A stretch of 64,000 bases of DNA from a virus (IMGVR_UViG_2932454522_000001:3061-67060), one strand, 5' to 3'. Shown: positions 45,188 through 54,230, counted from the stretch's first letter. Made by a program: numbers and translations. The notes: generated from the letters alone by a model not told the origin.

Positions 45188-45206
45188 GCTGGCTCCTCGA
45201 TGCGAA

Positions 45207-45305
45207 TTAGAGGCTGTGGACCAAGGCGATAGTGAACGCGCTGACGCTGGCGACTGCCAGACTCGTCGTGATGATCGCCTCGACGATGCGCTCTCGCGTT
45301 TTCAA
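45207..45305 (-). CDS. 32-aa single-TM peptide
   Basis: MKTRERIVEAIITTSLAVASVSAFTIALVHSL; TTG start overlaps the upstream TGA. Confidence 0.4.
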   Translation of the reverse strand: MKTRERIVEAIITTSLAVASVSAFTIALVHSL

Positions 45306-45748
45306 GAGGTGCCGCCGTCGAGCACCGGCCCGGCTTCAGAGCCCTGGGGCCGCCTGCTGAGGACATCTGCCAGCATCCCGGCCGCCCGAGCGAGATTGCG
45401 CACGTGCTGATGAAGTCGGAACGCCGAATCGTTCGAGGTCGGACGACAGGGGTGATCCACGAGCCGGTAGGCCACCCGAAAGGCCGTGGTCGTCTCCGGC
45501 GAGGGATCGGGGTAGTCCTCGCGCAGCAGCCGCCGCAAGGTCTCGGAGAGCACCTCGGAGTGTCGGTAAAACTGCGTCCGCGTACAGGAGTTCAGCGGCA
45601 GGCTCTCCGCTCGGCGCACGGCTTCCCGCACCACGAAGAAGTCGATCGGCTCCTCCGGCGTTGGTCGGGCACTCACACCATCTGGTCTGCTCTCCACTTC
45701 AATCACCGCGTGCTCCCACTGTCGATCACTTCCGGCTTGTTCTGTCAC
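45302..45748 (-). CDS. Hypothetical protein, divergent from the regulator
   Basis: Helical ORF co-oriented with the RiPP genes; start codon uncertain. Confidence 0.5.
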   Translation of the reverse strand: MTEQAGSDRQWEHAVIEVESRPDGVSARPTPEEPIDFFVVREAVRRAESLPLNSCTRTQFYRHSEVLSETLRRLLREDYPDPSPETTTAFRVAYRLVDHPCRPTSNDSAFRLHQHVRNLARAAGMLADVLSRRPQGSEAGPVLDGGTS

Positions 45749-45843
45749 ATAGGTAATCGCTCAATGACTCACCGCGGGTACCGTGAAGAGGAGGTGGTCG
45801 CGTAAACGCCGTAAAAGCTGTCGGAGCTGTCGGGAGATACGCC

Positions 45844-47193
45844 ATGTCGTCCAGCCCGCGTACGCCAAATAGCAAGCTGTCCGCGCTACTTGACCAGGCA
45901 GAATGCCAGCGCCAGGAACTTGCGCGCGCCGTAAATCGGATAGGACAGATGGCAGGGATGCCGCTGAACTACTCCGGGAACACCGTCTCCATGTGGCTGC
46001 GAGGACACCAGCCAAAATCCCAGGTCAAGCCCCTGGTGCTCGCAGCCCTAGCGGAAAAATGCGGCCGCCCGATCACGCACGAAGAGGCCGGCTTCACCGC
46101 TCCTGTGAACGCCGAGGGCGAGCAAGACCTCGACACTGTCGAGAGGTTGCTCGTTCTCGGAAGGGCCGACATGGAACCATCCCGTCGCGGCGTCCTGGCC
46201 GCAGGCGTTTTCACCGCAGCACTGGCAGTCCCGGTGTTCGGCAGTGCTCCCGCGCACGCCGACGAACCAGTCATGGCAGGCAAGGCCACCACACGCGTAG
46301 GCGCCTCCCAGGTCGCAAGCGTGCGGCGCACCACCGGCCGGATCGCCGACATCCTCGACGAAGACGGCGCCGGCCACGCGCGCCCTATGGCCGCGACCTA
46401 CCTCGTGAACACCGTCGCTCCCTGGCTGCGCGCCCAGGCCAGTAGCCAGGTCTCCTCGGACATGAAGGCAGCCGCGAGCGACCTGACCTACCTGACCGGC
46501 TGGATGGCCATGTACGAGAAAGACCACGCCGCCGCACAGCGCTGGTACACCGAAGCGCTCCACCTCGCCGACGAGGCCGGCGACCACGTGACGTACTGCC
46601 GCACGCTGCGCGGGATGTCCCTGCAAATGACCAGCCTGCGCTACGGCGCCGAAGGGCTCCAGCTCGCTGACGCTGCTGCCGAAGCGGCGCCATCGGCTGG
46701 CCCGCGCCTGGTGGCCTTCCTGCGCGGGCAACAGGCCCACGCAGCATCCATGGTCAGGGACAAGCGCCAGGCCCACAATCGCTTGCGCGAAGCAGAAGAT
46801 GCCCTGTCCAAGGCCGACAACCGGCGTGATGCGGTCGGCGGATACGACCGCACCGCCTGGCTGTTTCATCTCTCGCACGTACTGCTGGAGGAAAACGACC
46901 TGCCCGGCTCCATCAAGGCGTTGCAGGACTCCATCGCCGTGCAGCCGGAGCAGGAACGCCAGGGCCGCGTGCACTCCTACGCGCTGCTAGCGCAACGGCA
47001 GTTGCAGATCGGGCACGTGGACGCCTCGGCGGCGTCCTGGGGCCGCTTCCTGGACGAATACGAGCAAGTGTCGTCAGCGCGCGGGGACGATCATTTCGAG
47101 ACGATGCGCAAGGAGATGCGCCCGCACCAACGTTCCTACCACGTGCGAGAGTTGGCGGAACGAGCGCGAGAGGTCGCGGCCTTCAAGGCGTAG
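45844..47193 (+). CDS. HTH plus TPR-like transcriptional regulator (NsdA-like Streptomyces family)
   Basis: N-terminal PNSKL..LL...ELARAVN...VSMWLRG..P; internal SRRGVLAA; TPR-like helices (GWMA, AQRWY..AL.LA). Confidence 0.75.
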   Translation: MSSSPRTPNSKLSALLDQAECQRQELARAVNRIGQMAGMPLNYSGNTVSMWLRGHQPKSQVKPLVLAALAEKCGRPITHEEAGFTAPVNAEGEQDLDTVERLLVLGRADMEPSRRGVLAAGVFTAALAVPVFGSAPAHADEPVMAGKATTRVGASQVASVRRTTGRIADILDEDGAGHARPMAATYLVNTVAPWLRAQASSQVSSDMKAAASDLTYLTGWMAMYEKDHAAAQRWYTEALHLADEAGDHVTYCRTLRGMSLQMTSLRYGAEGLQLADAAAEAAPSAGPRLVAFLRGQQAHAASMVRDKRQAHNRLREAEDALSKADNRRDAVGGYDRTAWLFHLSHVLLEENDLPGSIKALQDSIAVQPEQERQGRVHSYALLAQRQLQIGHVDASAASWGRFLDEYEQVSSARGDDHFETMRKEMRPHQRSYHVRELAERAREVAAFKA

Positions 47194-47201
47194 ACGCAAA
47201 T

Positions 47202-47239
47202 GTCCCCCGGAGGAAGCTGTCGGCAAACCCCCGGGGGAC
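47202..47239. terminator. Hairpin between convergent genes
   Basis: gtcccccgg...ccgggggac. Confidence 0.5.
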
Positions 47240-47270
47240 GTGTTCAGCGTAGCGCCCTGTGGGGCGACAG

Positions 47271-47780
47271 TCAGCTCGCCGGCGGGCTGGTGCGCTGGAC
47301 GTCGGCGACCTTGACGGACGTGATGTCGCTGATCTTGCCGTTGTCTATCTCGACGTCCATCGGCGCGGCCGTGCCGGTGTTCGTCTTGCCCGCCCCGAGC
47401 TTGTCGGCCGTGACGCCGGTTGAGCCCAGGGTGTCGCCGTCCTTGTCGAGGAATTCCAGGCCTACGAAGTAGTCGGCTGCGCCCTTGCCGTGGTTGGTGA
47501 TCGCGTAGTGGACCACGTACGCCTTGTCTCCGCCGAACTCCTTGCCGGTGTAGAGGTCGTCGTGAGCGAACCCGGACTTCGTGATCTTGACGTCCTCGTT
47601 CTCGTCCGCCTTCGGCGTGGCCTTCGGCTTTGTCTCCTTCTCGGCGGCCGGGGTCGCGCTTGTCTTGGTCTCGGCAGTGTCGTCGCTGCTGGAGGAGCAG
47701 GCGACGGCGGCGAACGCGACGGCGCCGGTGAGGACGGTCCCGGCGGCGGCACGGGTGAAGCGGCGTCGGGCAGCAGACAT
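47271..47780 (-). CDS. Lipoprotein (FxLYD-like domain)
   Basis: Signal peptide with lipobox AVAC; ITN....ADYFV.LEFLDKDG motif. Confidence 0.8.
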   Translation of the reverse strand: MSAARRRFTRAAAGTVLTGAVAFAAVACSSSSDDTAETKTSATPAAEKETKPKATPKADENEDVKITKSGFAHDDLYTGKEFGGDKAYVVHYAITNHGKGAADYFVGLEFLDKDGDTLGSTGVTADKLGAGKTNTGTAAPMDVEIDNGKISDITSVKVADVQRTSPPAS

Positions 47781-47941
47781 TGGAGACCCTTTCCGGGGTG
47801 AATGTGGGGGGATCTGCCGAATGAGGCAGCTCCATCACATTACGTGCTCTTTACATGGATTGCAGTGGACGAAAGTCCTGTGTGCCACCCCACACCCGCA
47901 ACCAGCTACGGTGACGCCGCGTCCCGGCGGTCCGGGAACGC

Positions 47942-47983
47942 GAAAGCCGGGCCCCGCTTCACCTGTCCCGGGGCCCGGCTTTC
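47942..47983 (-). terminator. Terminator downstream of the par operon
   Basis: gaaagccgggccccg...cggggcccggctttc, a 15-bp stem. Confidence 0.6.
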
Positions 47984-47999
47984 TCGCTGGTCAGACGCC

Positions 48000-48785
48000 T
48001 TACAGGGCGCGTGCTGACCACAGGTTGAACGCGGTAGAGCGTTGCCCGTCGGGCTGCCGTTCGTTCAGCAGCGTCAGCAGCAGATCGAAGCCCTCGCGCA
48101 CCGACACCTCGTTCTCGGCCGCGTACTCCCGCAGCACCTCCCGAAACAGTGCGTACTGGCCCGAGGAGCCGTCGTCGGCCTCGCCCCTGTCGGCGCGCGC
48201 GATGACGGCGCCCTCGATCACCTTCGGCTCCGCCAGCGCGGTCCGTGCGTGCTCGCGCAGGTCGACGGCGTCGGGAATCTGCTTGGGCAGTGCCCTGACA
48301 ACACGGTGGAGCGCCGCCTGTGTGGGACGCTCGCCGGCGTCCTGGAAGCCGCTCAGCAGCTCGCGTACGCCCTCGGGGCCGCGCACCTTGTGCAGCGACA
48401 CCAGCTCGCGCGCCGGGCCCTCGTCCATCAGCCCCAGGCCCGCGCTCGCCTTGAGCACCGGCGCGGCAGCGATCATCCGGTTGGCGTGCGCGTCGGAGAG
48501 CCCCCAGCGTGCGGGGCAGTATTCCTCCCACGTCAGCCCGAAGCGGCGGTGCCAGCCCTTGGCCTTGATCTCGGCGAACGCCTCGCCGGCGTCGATGACG
48601 GCCTTGCCGAACGCGATGATGCGCTGCTCTGCGGACTGGAGCCCCGTGCCGTCGGTGAAGTCGTCCCACTCGGCCGACTCGTCGATAGCCAGCGTGTTGG
48701 GTTTGATGCCGCCGAGCTTGCCCCGCGACTGCTCGCCCAGGGCCAGGGCCTGCGCCATTCCGCCGGCGTTGCTCTTAGTTGCCAC
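48000..48785 (-). CDS. ParA partner (ParB-like centromere-binding protein of Streptomyces plasmid type)
   Basis: Overlaps the parA stop; GEAF.EI...W.R....TWEEYC..RWGLS..HANRMI motif. Confidence 0.65.
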   Translation of the reverse strand: MATKSNAGGMAQALALGEQSRGKLGGIKPNTLAIDESAEWDDFTDGTGLQSAEQRIIAFGKAVIDAGEAFAEIKAKGWHRRFGLTWEEYCPARWGLSDAHANRMIAAAPVLKASAGLGLMDEGPARELVSLHKVRGPEGVRELLSGFQDAGERPTQAALHRVVRALPKQIPDAVDLREHARTALAEPKVIEGAVIARADRGEADDGSSGQYALFREVLREYAAENEVSVREGFDLLLTLLNERQPDGQRSTAFNLWSARAL

Positions 48786-49467
48786 GTACGGCCTCCGCCA
48801 GGACCAGGTCAGCGGCGAGCGCCATCGGCTCGCCCTCGCCGATCGTGATGGGCTTGCCGAACGACTGCCCGTACCCGTCGCGGCCGTCGGAGTTCGGCAA
48901 CATCGTCTGAAGGACGTTGTAGCCCGCCTCGCGCAGGACGCCCGCGGACTCCTTCGGCGAGGCCGCCGAGGCGTTCGTGCGGCTGAGGATGACGACCAGG
49001 GGCGGCACGCGCATGCCCATGTCGGTCATCGACTGGAACGAGGAGCGCACCGAGGCCGCGCGCTGGAGCTCCATGCCGGTCGGCTGGATCATCAGCACCG
49101 CGAGGTGCGAGACGGCGAGCGCGGCCATGTGGGCGCCCCCGATACGCGCGCGCCAGGCGTCGGTGTCGATGCCGAGGATGCCGCCCTTGGGGGTGCAGCC
49201 GACGGCCATGTTCGCCAGCGTCATCGGGTCGCGGTGGGCGACGATGTTCGCCGCGCCGATCGGCGCGATGGAGTCCCACGCGGACAGGCTTCCGTCCTCG
49301 TCCTCGCCGGGCTCGTCGGTGTCGATGCCGGCGACCGCAAAGCCCTGGTCGCTCCAGCGCTTGAGCATGTGCGCGGCGGTGGTCGTCTTGGCTGATCCGC
49401 CCTTGCCGACGAAGCAGATCCGTACGCCGGTGCCGGGGACGGCCGGGAGTGTGAGGTGGCTGGTCAT
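48775..49467 (-). CDS. parA: ParA-family partition ATPase
   Basis: Deviant Walker A KGGSAKTT; IDTD motifs; P...EL.R. Confidence 0.85.
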   Translation of the reverse strand: MTSHLTLPAVPGTGVRICFVGKGGSAKTTTAAHMLKRWSDQGFAVAGIDTDEPGEDEDGSLSAWDSIAPIGAANIVAHRDPMTLANMAVGCTPKGGILGIDTDAWRARIGGAHMAALAVSHLAVLMIQPTGMELQRAASVRSSFQSMTDMGMRVPPLVVILSRTNASAASPKESAGVLREAGYNVLQTMLPNSDGRDGYGQSFGKPITIGEGEPMALAADLVLAEAVRGN

Positions 49468-49610
49468 GCCCGGCAAGGTAGGGGCGTGCGCGCGCGGGGG
49501 GCCGACGTGGGGCCGCCGCCCGAGTCGGCGCTATGCTGATCCGTTTTGCCCGCGCACCAGCCGAAGTATAATAACCGCAGGTCAGAGCGGTGTGGGGGTG
49601 TAAAGACTGG

Positions 49611-49645
49611 GCATTCCTTCCAGCCGTAGCGGCTGGAAGGAATGC
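49611..49645. terminator. Perfect 16-bp stem hairpin
   Basis: gcattccttccagccg-tag-cggctggaaggaatgc, downstream of the leftward Rad52-like operon. Confidence 0.6.
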
Positions 49646-49657
49646 TCCCCCGAATAC

Positions 49658-49909
49658 CTACAGGCCCTCGGGCGTCTCGCGCGGATCGAGGTCGAGGTGG
49701 GTACAGATCGCCTTGAGCATCGTGTGAATCTCGCGGGTCATGATCTGTTGCGCGCGCACGGCTTCGATCACCACGGCGAGGTGATCACCTCGGACCGGTC
49801 GGAACTTCGCGAGATCGTAGCTGGGGAACTGCTTGGCGTGCTCGGCGGCCTCGGCCGTCTTGGCGACGGCGTCGGCCAGCTCCGCATCCGAGGGGCGGCG
49901 CAGGCTCAT
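49658..49909 (-). CDS. Hypothetical protein
   Basis: ATGA-coupled to the Rad52-like gene. Confidence 0.65.
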   Translation of the reverse strand: MSLRRPSDAELADAVAKTAEAAEHAKQFPSYDLAKFRPVRGDHLAVVIEAVRAQQIMTREIHTMLKAICTHLDLDPRETPEGL

Positions 49910-50490
49910 GCCGCCTCATTCTCCGCCTGCTTCAGGCGCGGGTCGCCCACGTACGGGATCATGGACTGCACAATGCGCTGATCAGCGTGGATGTCCTTGT
50001 AGTACAGCGACAGACCGAACGCGTCGCCCAGGTTGACCGCGCAGCGCTTCAAGGCGCCGGACAACGCGGACTTGAGGGCGTTGTCGTGCGCGTCGTTGTA
50101 CTTCACCTGGTTCGTCTTGGCGTCGAACGCCGCGTCGTCGAACGTCGCGATGACGTGGCCGCACGGGGCCTTGATGCTGAGGCGGGCCTGGGCGCGGTAG
50201 GCGACGTTGAAGCGCTGTTTGCCGTCCTCGTCCTTGAAGTTGACGTCGAGGGTGTTGATCAGCTCCAGCGTTTCGATGGACCAACCGCCCACGGCGAACA
50301 CGCGATTGAGCCAGACGCGAATGTCGAAGACCTTCACGTACTTGAAGCCGCCCGGGTCGAACTGGACGCGGTTCCAGTCGAGGGGCTTGAGCAGGTATTC
50401 GACCTGCAAGGGGGAGAGCTGGCAGACGTGGTCGTCGGGGGCGTCGGCCTCCTCGCTAGTCTTGAGGTGGTGCAGGTTGGTTCGCTCCAC
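49906..50490 (-). CDS. Rad52/Rad22-family single-strand annealing protein (Sak-like)
   Basis: Y....DIR..LNRVF..GGWS and A.K.A.S.ALKRCA.NLG..FGLSLY motifs; AAAGGA SD. Confidence 0.85.
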   Translation of the reverse strand: MERTNLHHLKTSEEADAPDDHVCQLSPLQVEYLLKPLDWNRVQFDPGGFKYVKVFDIRVWLNRVFAVGGWSIETLELINTLDVNFKDEDGKQRFNVAYRAQARLSIKAPCGHVIATFDDAAFDAKTNQVKYNDAHDNALKSALSGALKRCAVNLGDAFGLSLYYKDIHADQRIVQSMIPYVGDPRLKQAENEAA

Positions 50491-50563
50491 GGGGCGGTCC
50501 TTTCTGTGCTCCGAGAGCGTGTCGCGGTCTGATCTGGCTGGTCTGTCGCGACACGCTTTCGTC

Positions 50564-50600
50564 ATCTATTACGATACAAGGCCCCGGCGTGGATGTCGGG
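50564..50600 (-). promoter_or_regulatory. Conserved phage promoter motif, copy 1
   Basis: CCCGACA-N15-TGTATCGTAATAGAT, upstream of the Rad52-like gene. Confidence 0.8.
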
Positions 50601-50620
50601 CTCTCGCCCGGTGGGGTCCG

Positions 50621-51160
50621 TTACTCGTTATTGCGGCTGGAACGCCGCAACGGCTTCTTCGTCTCGGGGTCCATCCGTTCGGTGCGGATCGCCCACTCGT
50701 CGATGGTGTCCTGGCGCCAGTACGTGTATCCGCTCTCGCGCAGATCCTCGACGGGGATGTCCTGCGCGTAGCCGCGCGCATTCCGGCGCCGCACCCACGT
50801 GTCCACGGTGTTCTCGGTGACGCCGAGTCGGTCGGCCACCTGCGGATTGGACAGCAGCGGCATACCGTCGGTGTCACGTTTGACGACGTCAGAACCGGTC
50901 GGGTGCGGGTTGCGGCGGTGCACGCCCCGGCCGGTGACGCGGATGTTGCCGTCCTCGTCGATCCGCCGTTTGCGCAGCGCCCCCAGGTACACCCTGCGCG
51001 GGGTGTAGAGAGTGCGCTGTCCGTCCTTGACGACCGGTCCGAGGTCGCCGGCCTTTGTCCACGCGTACACCGTGGACAGGGCGAGGCCGGTGCGCTCGCG
51101 CACCTCGTCGGTCGTCATCGGCTCGGTGGTTTCCCACCACCGGCCGGCGTCGGTGTTCAT
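50621..51160 (-). CDS. Double-HTH (excisionase/AlpA-like) DNA-binding protein
   Basis: TTDEVRERTGLALSTVYAW and LLSNPQVADRLGVTENTVDTW...W....IDEW. Confidence 0.7.
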   Translation of the reverse strand: MNTDAGRWWETTEPMTTDEVRERTGLALSTVYAWTKAGDLGPVVKDGQRTLYTPRRVYLGALRKRRIDEDGNIRVTGRGVHRRNPHPTGSDVVKRDTDGMPLLSNPQVADRLGVTENTVDTWVRRRNARGYAQDIPVEDLRESGYTYWRQDTIDEWAIRTERMDPETKKPLRRSSRNNE

Positions 51161-51230
51161 GATCCATAGCTCCGTCGAATTGACCTGGCTGGTTTCTTCG
51201 ACGATACAGCTACAGCGGGCGAGGACCGTG

Positions 51231-51431
51231 TTACCCATCAGGGCCGCCGTTTTCCGGCCGGTGTGCGGCGCAGTAGTAGGCCCGCCCCTGCTGGGTCCCA
51301 CGCCAGCACCATCCGGCCTCGCGGAGGGCGGCAAGAACGCGGGGCCACATCAGCGCCGTGGGCGCCTCGAACAGTGCCCCGCACACGACGCAGACCAGGT
51401 GCAACGGCCGGGCCCCTGAGCGGCGGCTCAC
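51231..51431 (-). CDS. Small zinc-finger protein
   Basis: CVVC...GW...CAAH; GTGA coupling. Confidence 0.55.
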   Translation of the reverse strand: MSRRSGARPLHLVCVVCGALFEAPTALMWPRVLAALREAGWCWRGTQQGRAYYCAAHRPENGGPDG

Positions 51432-51811
51432 GAAGCCGTACGGCGCAGCAGGGCGAGATCCATGCAGCCGCACAGCAGGGCATCGCACGGCAGGCGCAGA
51501 TCCTCGGTCATCGGCCCGTGATGACGGTGGTAGGTGTGCCCGCACTCGCAGTACGCCGCCCCGCCCGCCTCGGCCACACGGCGGTCGGCCTCGGCCCACG
51601 CCGTCAGGAACCCGGCCTCGCGGCTGGCTTTGGCCGCCTCGGCGCGCAGCGCGCCGGGGGTCAGGCGCTGCTCCATGTCGAAGGTGTCGATCTCGGCGAG
51701 CGTGTCGGCGAGGATCGGCGACTGTTCGGCGAGCAGCGCCAGGCGCCGCAGCGCGCCCGCCTGACGGTTGGCGTCGGTGGCGCGCTCGGCGTTCGTGGGG
51801 TGGTCGGTCAT
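51428..51811 (-). CDS. Hypothetical protein with C-terminal Cys/His cluster
   Basis: CECGH...H...C...CGC; ATGA coupling. Confidence 0.65.
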   Translation of the reverse strand: MTDHPTNAERATDANRQAGALRRLALLAEQSPILADTLAEIDTFDMEQRLTPGALRAEAAKASREAGFLTAWAEADRRVAEAGGAAYCECGHTYHRHHGPMTEDLRLPCDALLCGCMDLALLRRTAS

Positions 51812-52122
51812 CGCTTCAGCTCCGGGTGAAGACGGTCGAGGGAGGCGACCGTAGACAGGATCTCGGACACGTTTCGCAGGCTACGGACGTCCACTGACAA
51901 AGCGGTCTGCTCGTCGAGGCCGGCGATGTGCTCGGCGAGGTCGCGCGCGGTCTCCGGGAAGGAGCAGGGGACGCGCACGGGGCGCTGGTCGGCGTCGCGG
52001 TACCAGGTCAGTTCCCAGTTCCAGGCTTCGGCGTGGATCAGGATACGGCCGTGGCGGGTGTCCGTCTCGTAGGCGGCGAACGGCTCGGGCTGTATCTCGG
52101 TCCAGGTGATGGGGGGCAGCAT
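51808..52122 (-). CDS. Hypothetical protein
   Basis: AAGGA SD; coupled ORF. Confidence 0.65.
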   Translation of the reverse strand: MLPPITWTEIQPEPFAAYETDTRHGRILIHAEAWNWELTWYRDADQRPVRVPCSFPETARDLAEHIAGLDEQTALSVDVRSLRNVSEILSTVASLDRLHPELKR

Positions 52123-52137
52123 CGTGGGGGTTCCTTG

Positions 52138-52320
52138 TCAGTGCTTGGTGTGCTGAACGCAGCGGGGGAAGTCGCCGGCGGGGTGGGTCTCGATGGCGAC
52201 GGCGGGCAGCCCGCAGGGGCGGAAGCCGTACATCCTCCGACGGCGGTTGGTTGTCCATCGCCAGGTGCTGTTGCACGTCTGGTCGGCGGTGGCGGGCCGG
52301 ACCTCTTCGCTGCTGTTCAT
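52138..52320 (-). CDS. Small hypothetical protein (likely leaderless)
   Basis: ATG directly follows promoter motif copy 2; Cys/His residues. Confidence 0.55.
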   Translation of the reverse strand: MNSSEEVRPATADQTCNSTWRWTTNRRRRMYGFRPCGLPAVAIETHPAGDFPRCVQHTKH

Positions 52321-52357
52321 GTTTATTGCGAGACATGGTGGGGGCGGGTTTGTCGGG
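52321..52357 (-). promoter_or_regulatory. Conserved phage promoter motif, copy 2
   Basis: CCCGACA-N15-TGTCTCGCAATAAAC-ATG. Confidence 0.75.
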
Positions 52358-52375
52358 CCCGCCTCCGGGCTGTGG

Positions 52376-52618
52376 TCAGGCGGCGGCGCCCATGTCGTAC
52401 GCGTAGGCGTCGCACTCGCCGCGCTCGTCGTCGTAGCAGGCTTCGCACAGCACGTCGCAGACGCAGAAGGCGCGTATGACGTGCCAGCCTTCTATCTCGG
52501 CCTCGTCCTCGGTCCAGGACGGACAGGCCTGGTCGCCGCAGCGCTCGCACTGGATGCGCTCTTCCAGTTCGAGGTGGTGCTCGGGGTGGGCGTCGATGGT
52601 GCGGGCTGCGAGCTTCAT
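52376..52618 (-). CDS. Small acidic Cys-rich protein
   Basis: GAGGGAG SD; three CxxC/CxC motifs. Confidence 0.65.
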   Translation of the reverse strand: MKLAARTIDAHPEHHLELEERIQCERCGDQACPSWTEDEAEIEGWHVIRAFCVCDVLCEACYDDERGECDAYAYDMGAAA

Positions 52619-52640
52619 GGTGCTCCCTCTCTGTCGTTCT

Positions 52641-52677
52641 GTTTAAAACGATACAGGGCGGGTGTGGGTTTGTCGGG
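52641..52677 (-). promoter_or_regulatory. Conserved phage promoter motif, copy 3
   Basis: CCCGACA-N15-TGTATCGTTTTAAAC. Confidence 0.8.
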
Positions 52678-53059
52678 TCCGCAGAAGTGAGCCACCCCAC
52701 GGCGATACGCTCGGCCGCGCCGCCTGGGCCGCGTTCGATGGGCGACTCGGGGCTCCTCGCCTCTTCTTCTCAAGCCGCGAGGCTCTGGCGTGTGCTCTGC
52801 GCTCCACCGACCAGAGCGCAGAGCACCACCGCGTACAAGGAGGCTGCCGCGCGGGGTCACGGCAACGACAGCCCTACCCACTACTTCTGCCGTCGGAGGC
52901 AGTCTGGATGCATCAAGGTGGGAAGCGGTTCTTTCCGATGGTCTGGCCGTAAGCTCCTCGTCCCTGTAGAAGGCGCGGACTGTACAGCCCTGCGGCGTGG
53001 TCAGTGCCCGGCGCTGGGGAGTCGGGCCCTCAGTCGGTGAGCCACCCCGCAACGCACGA

Positions 53060-53087
53060 CACCCCCGAGCCGGCCGGCTCGGGGGTG
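53060..53087. terminator. Perfect 28-bp palindrome downstream of the DUF932 gene
   Basis: cacccccgagccggccggctcgggggtg. Confidence 0.55.
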
Positions 53088-53154
53088 CGCGCAGAAAGCG
53101 AAAGAGAGATCAGATCAAACCCATGCCCCCTTCCCTGCGGGGTGGGTGGACAGG

Positions 53155-54189
53155 TCAGGCCGCGAGCGTCATCACGTTGCGCGCGAGCTTCCAGGCGCGC
53201 AGCTTGGCGACGTCGGTCTTGATCACGTTGCGGTCCAGGAGAGAGTCCGGGGTCTTGGAGCTGCGGATCCAGTCGGCCCACTCGCCGGCGGCCTGGGCGA
53301 GGCCGAGCGCGGTGCCCATCAGGGGGGCGTTGGTGTCCGACTCGTACAGCGCGCGCAGGGTGTCGCGCTTGCGCTCGCACGCGCGGATCGCGGAATCGGT
53401 CGCCTTGGTGCCGGTGGGCATGGGGAAGTAGGCGCGCACGAACGCCTCGCGGTTCGCGGCCGTGATCGGCATGTGCGACAGCTCATCGAAGATCGAGGAC
53501 AGCATGCCGAACTGGTTGCGGGCGGTGGCGACCAGCTCGTGCACGCGCTCGGAGCGCAGCTCCCACAGGGCCGTATGACGGATGACGGCGTGCATGCCGT
53601 TCTTCCGGCCGATGGCCTCGGAGGCGTTCATCTGGTTCGTGCACGACAGTCGCGTGGCGCTGCCCCAGACGCGCAGGGCGCCCATGGCGTCGTGCGTGGT
53701 GGTGAAGCACAGGTAGGGGATGGTGGGGGAGAAGTCGCCGGGCAGGACCTTCTCGTCACCGATCTTGACGATGCCGAAGATCCGCTGGCCGCCGTTGAGC
53801 TCCACCAGGTGCTCGAACTGCGTACCGGGGACGTCGAGGACGGGGTCGATGAGGCGGCCGAGCGCGTCGTGGCCGATGACGCCGTACCCGTCGCGGACGA
53901 TGCCGAGGGTCGCGCCGCCGGGGCCGCGGGTGACCTTCTTGTAGTCCTCCTCGTAGCGGTAGACGGGGCGGCCGTGGTTGTCGAGGCCGTCGAGGATCGG
54001 CTCGCCCATGTCGTTGGTGACGAGGACCTTCTGTGCGGTGGGCTCCCAGGTCAGGCCGGCGGCCTCGCGGGCGGCGGCCCAGGTCGTGGCGCCCATCGGG
54101 TTGCTGTTGTTCAGCAGCTTCCAGGGCTGGCGGCGCATGGTCGCGTTGGGGATCTCGGCGGTGCGGGGGGCGGTGGCGGTGGCGTTCAT
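53155..54189 (-). CDS. DUF932-family phage/plasmid protein
   Basis: AGLTW, LGIV.DGY, L.GG.RIF, YL..TT.HD, R..C.NQ and IRHT motifs. Confidence 0.85.
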   Translation of the reverse strand: MNATATAPRTAEIPNATMRRQPWKLLNNSNPMGATTWAAAREAAGLTWEPTAQKVLVTNDMGEPILDGLDNHGRPVYRYEEDYKKVTRGPGGATLGIVRDGYGVIGHDALGRLIDPVLDVPGTQFEHLVELNGGQRIFGIVKIGDEKVLPGDFSPTIPYLCFTTTHDAMGALRVWGSATRLSCTNQMNASEAIGRKNGMHAVIRHTALWELRSERVHELVATARNQFGMLSSIFDELSHMPITAANREAFVRAYFPMPTGTKATDSAIRACERKRDTLRALYESDTNAPLMGTALGLAQAAGEWADWIRSSKTPDSLLDRNVIKTDVAKLRAWKLARNVMTLAA

Positions 54190-54230
54190 GGTCTCTCTCG
54201 CTTTCGTGGGGCGCTCTCTGCGCCGTTTAC

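Noticed and set aside
46171-46260. Tat-exported protein starting at MEPSRRGVLAA
   Set aside because: The motif is internal to a longer HTH-TPR regulator ORF, a common feature of this family; export is unsupported.
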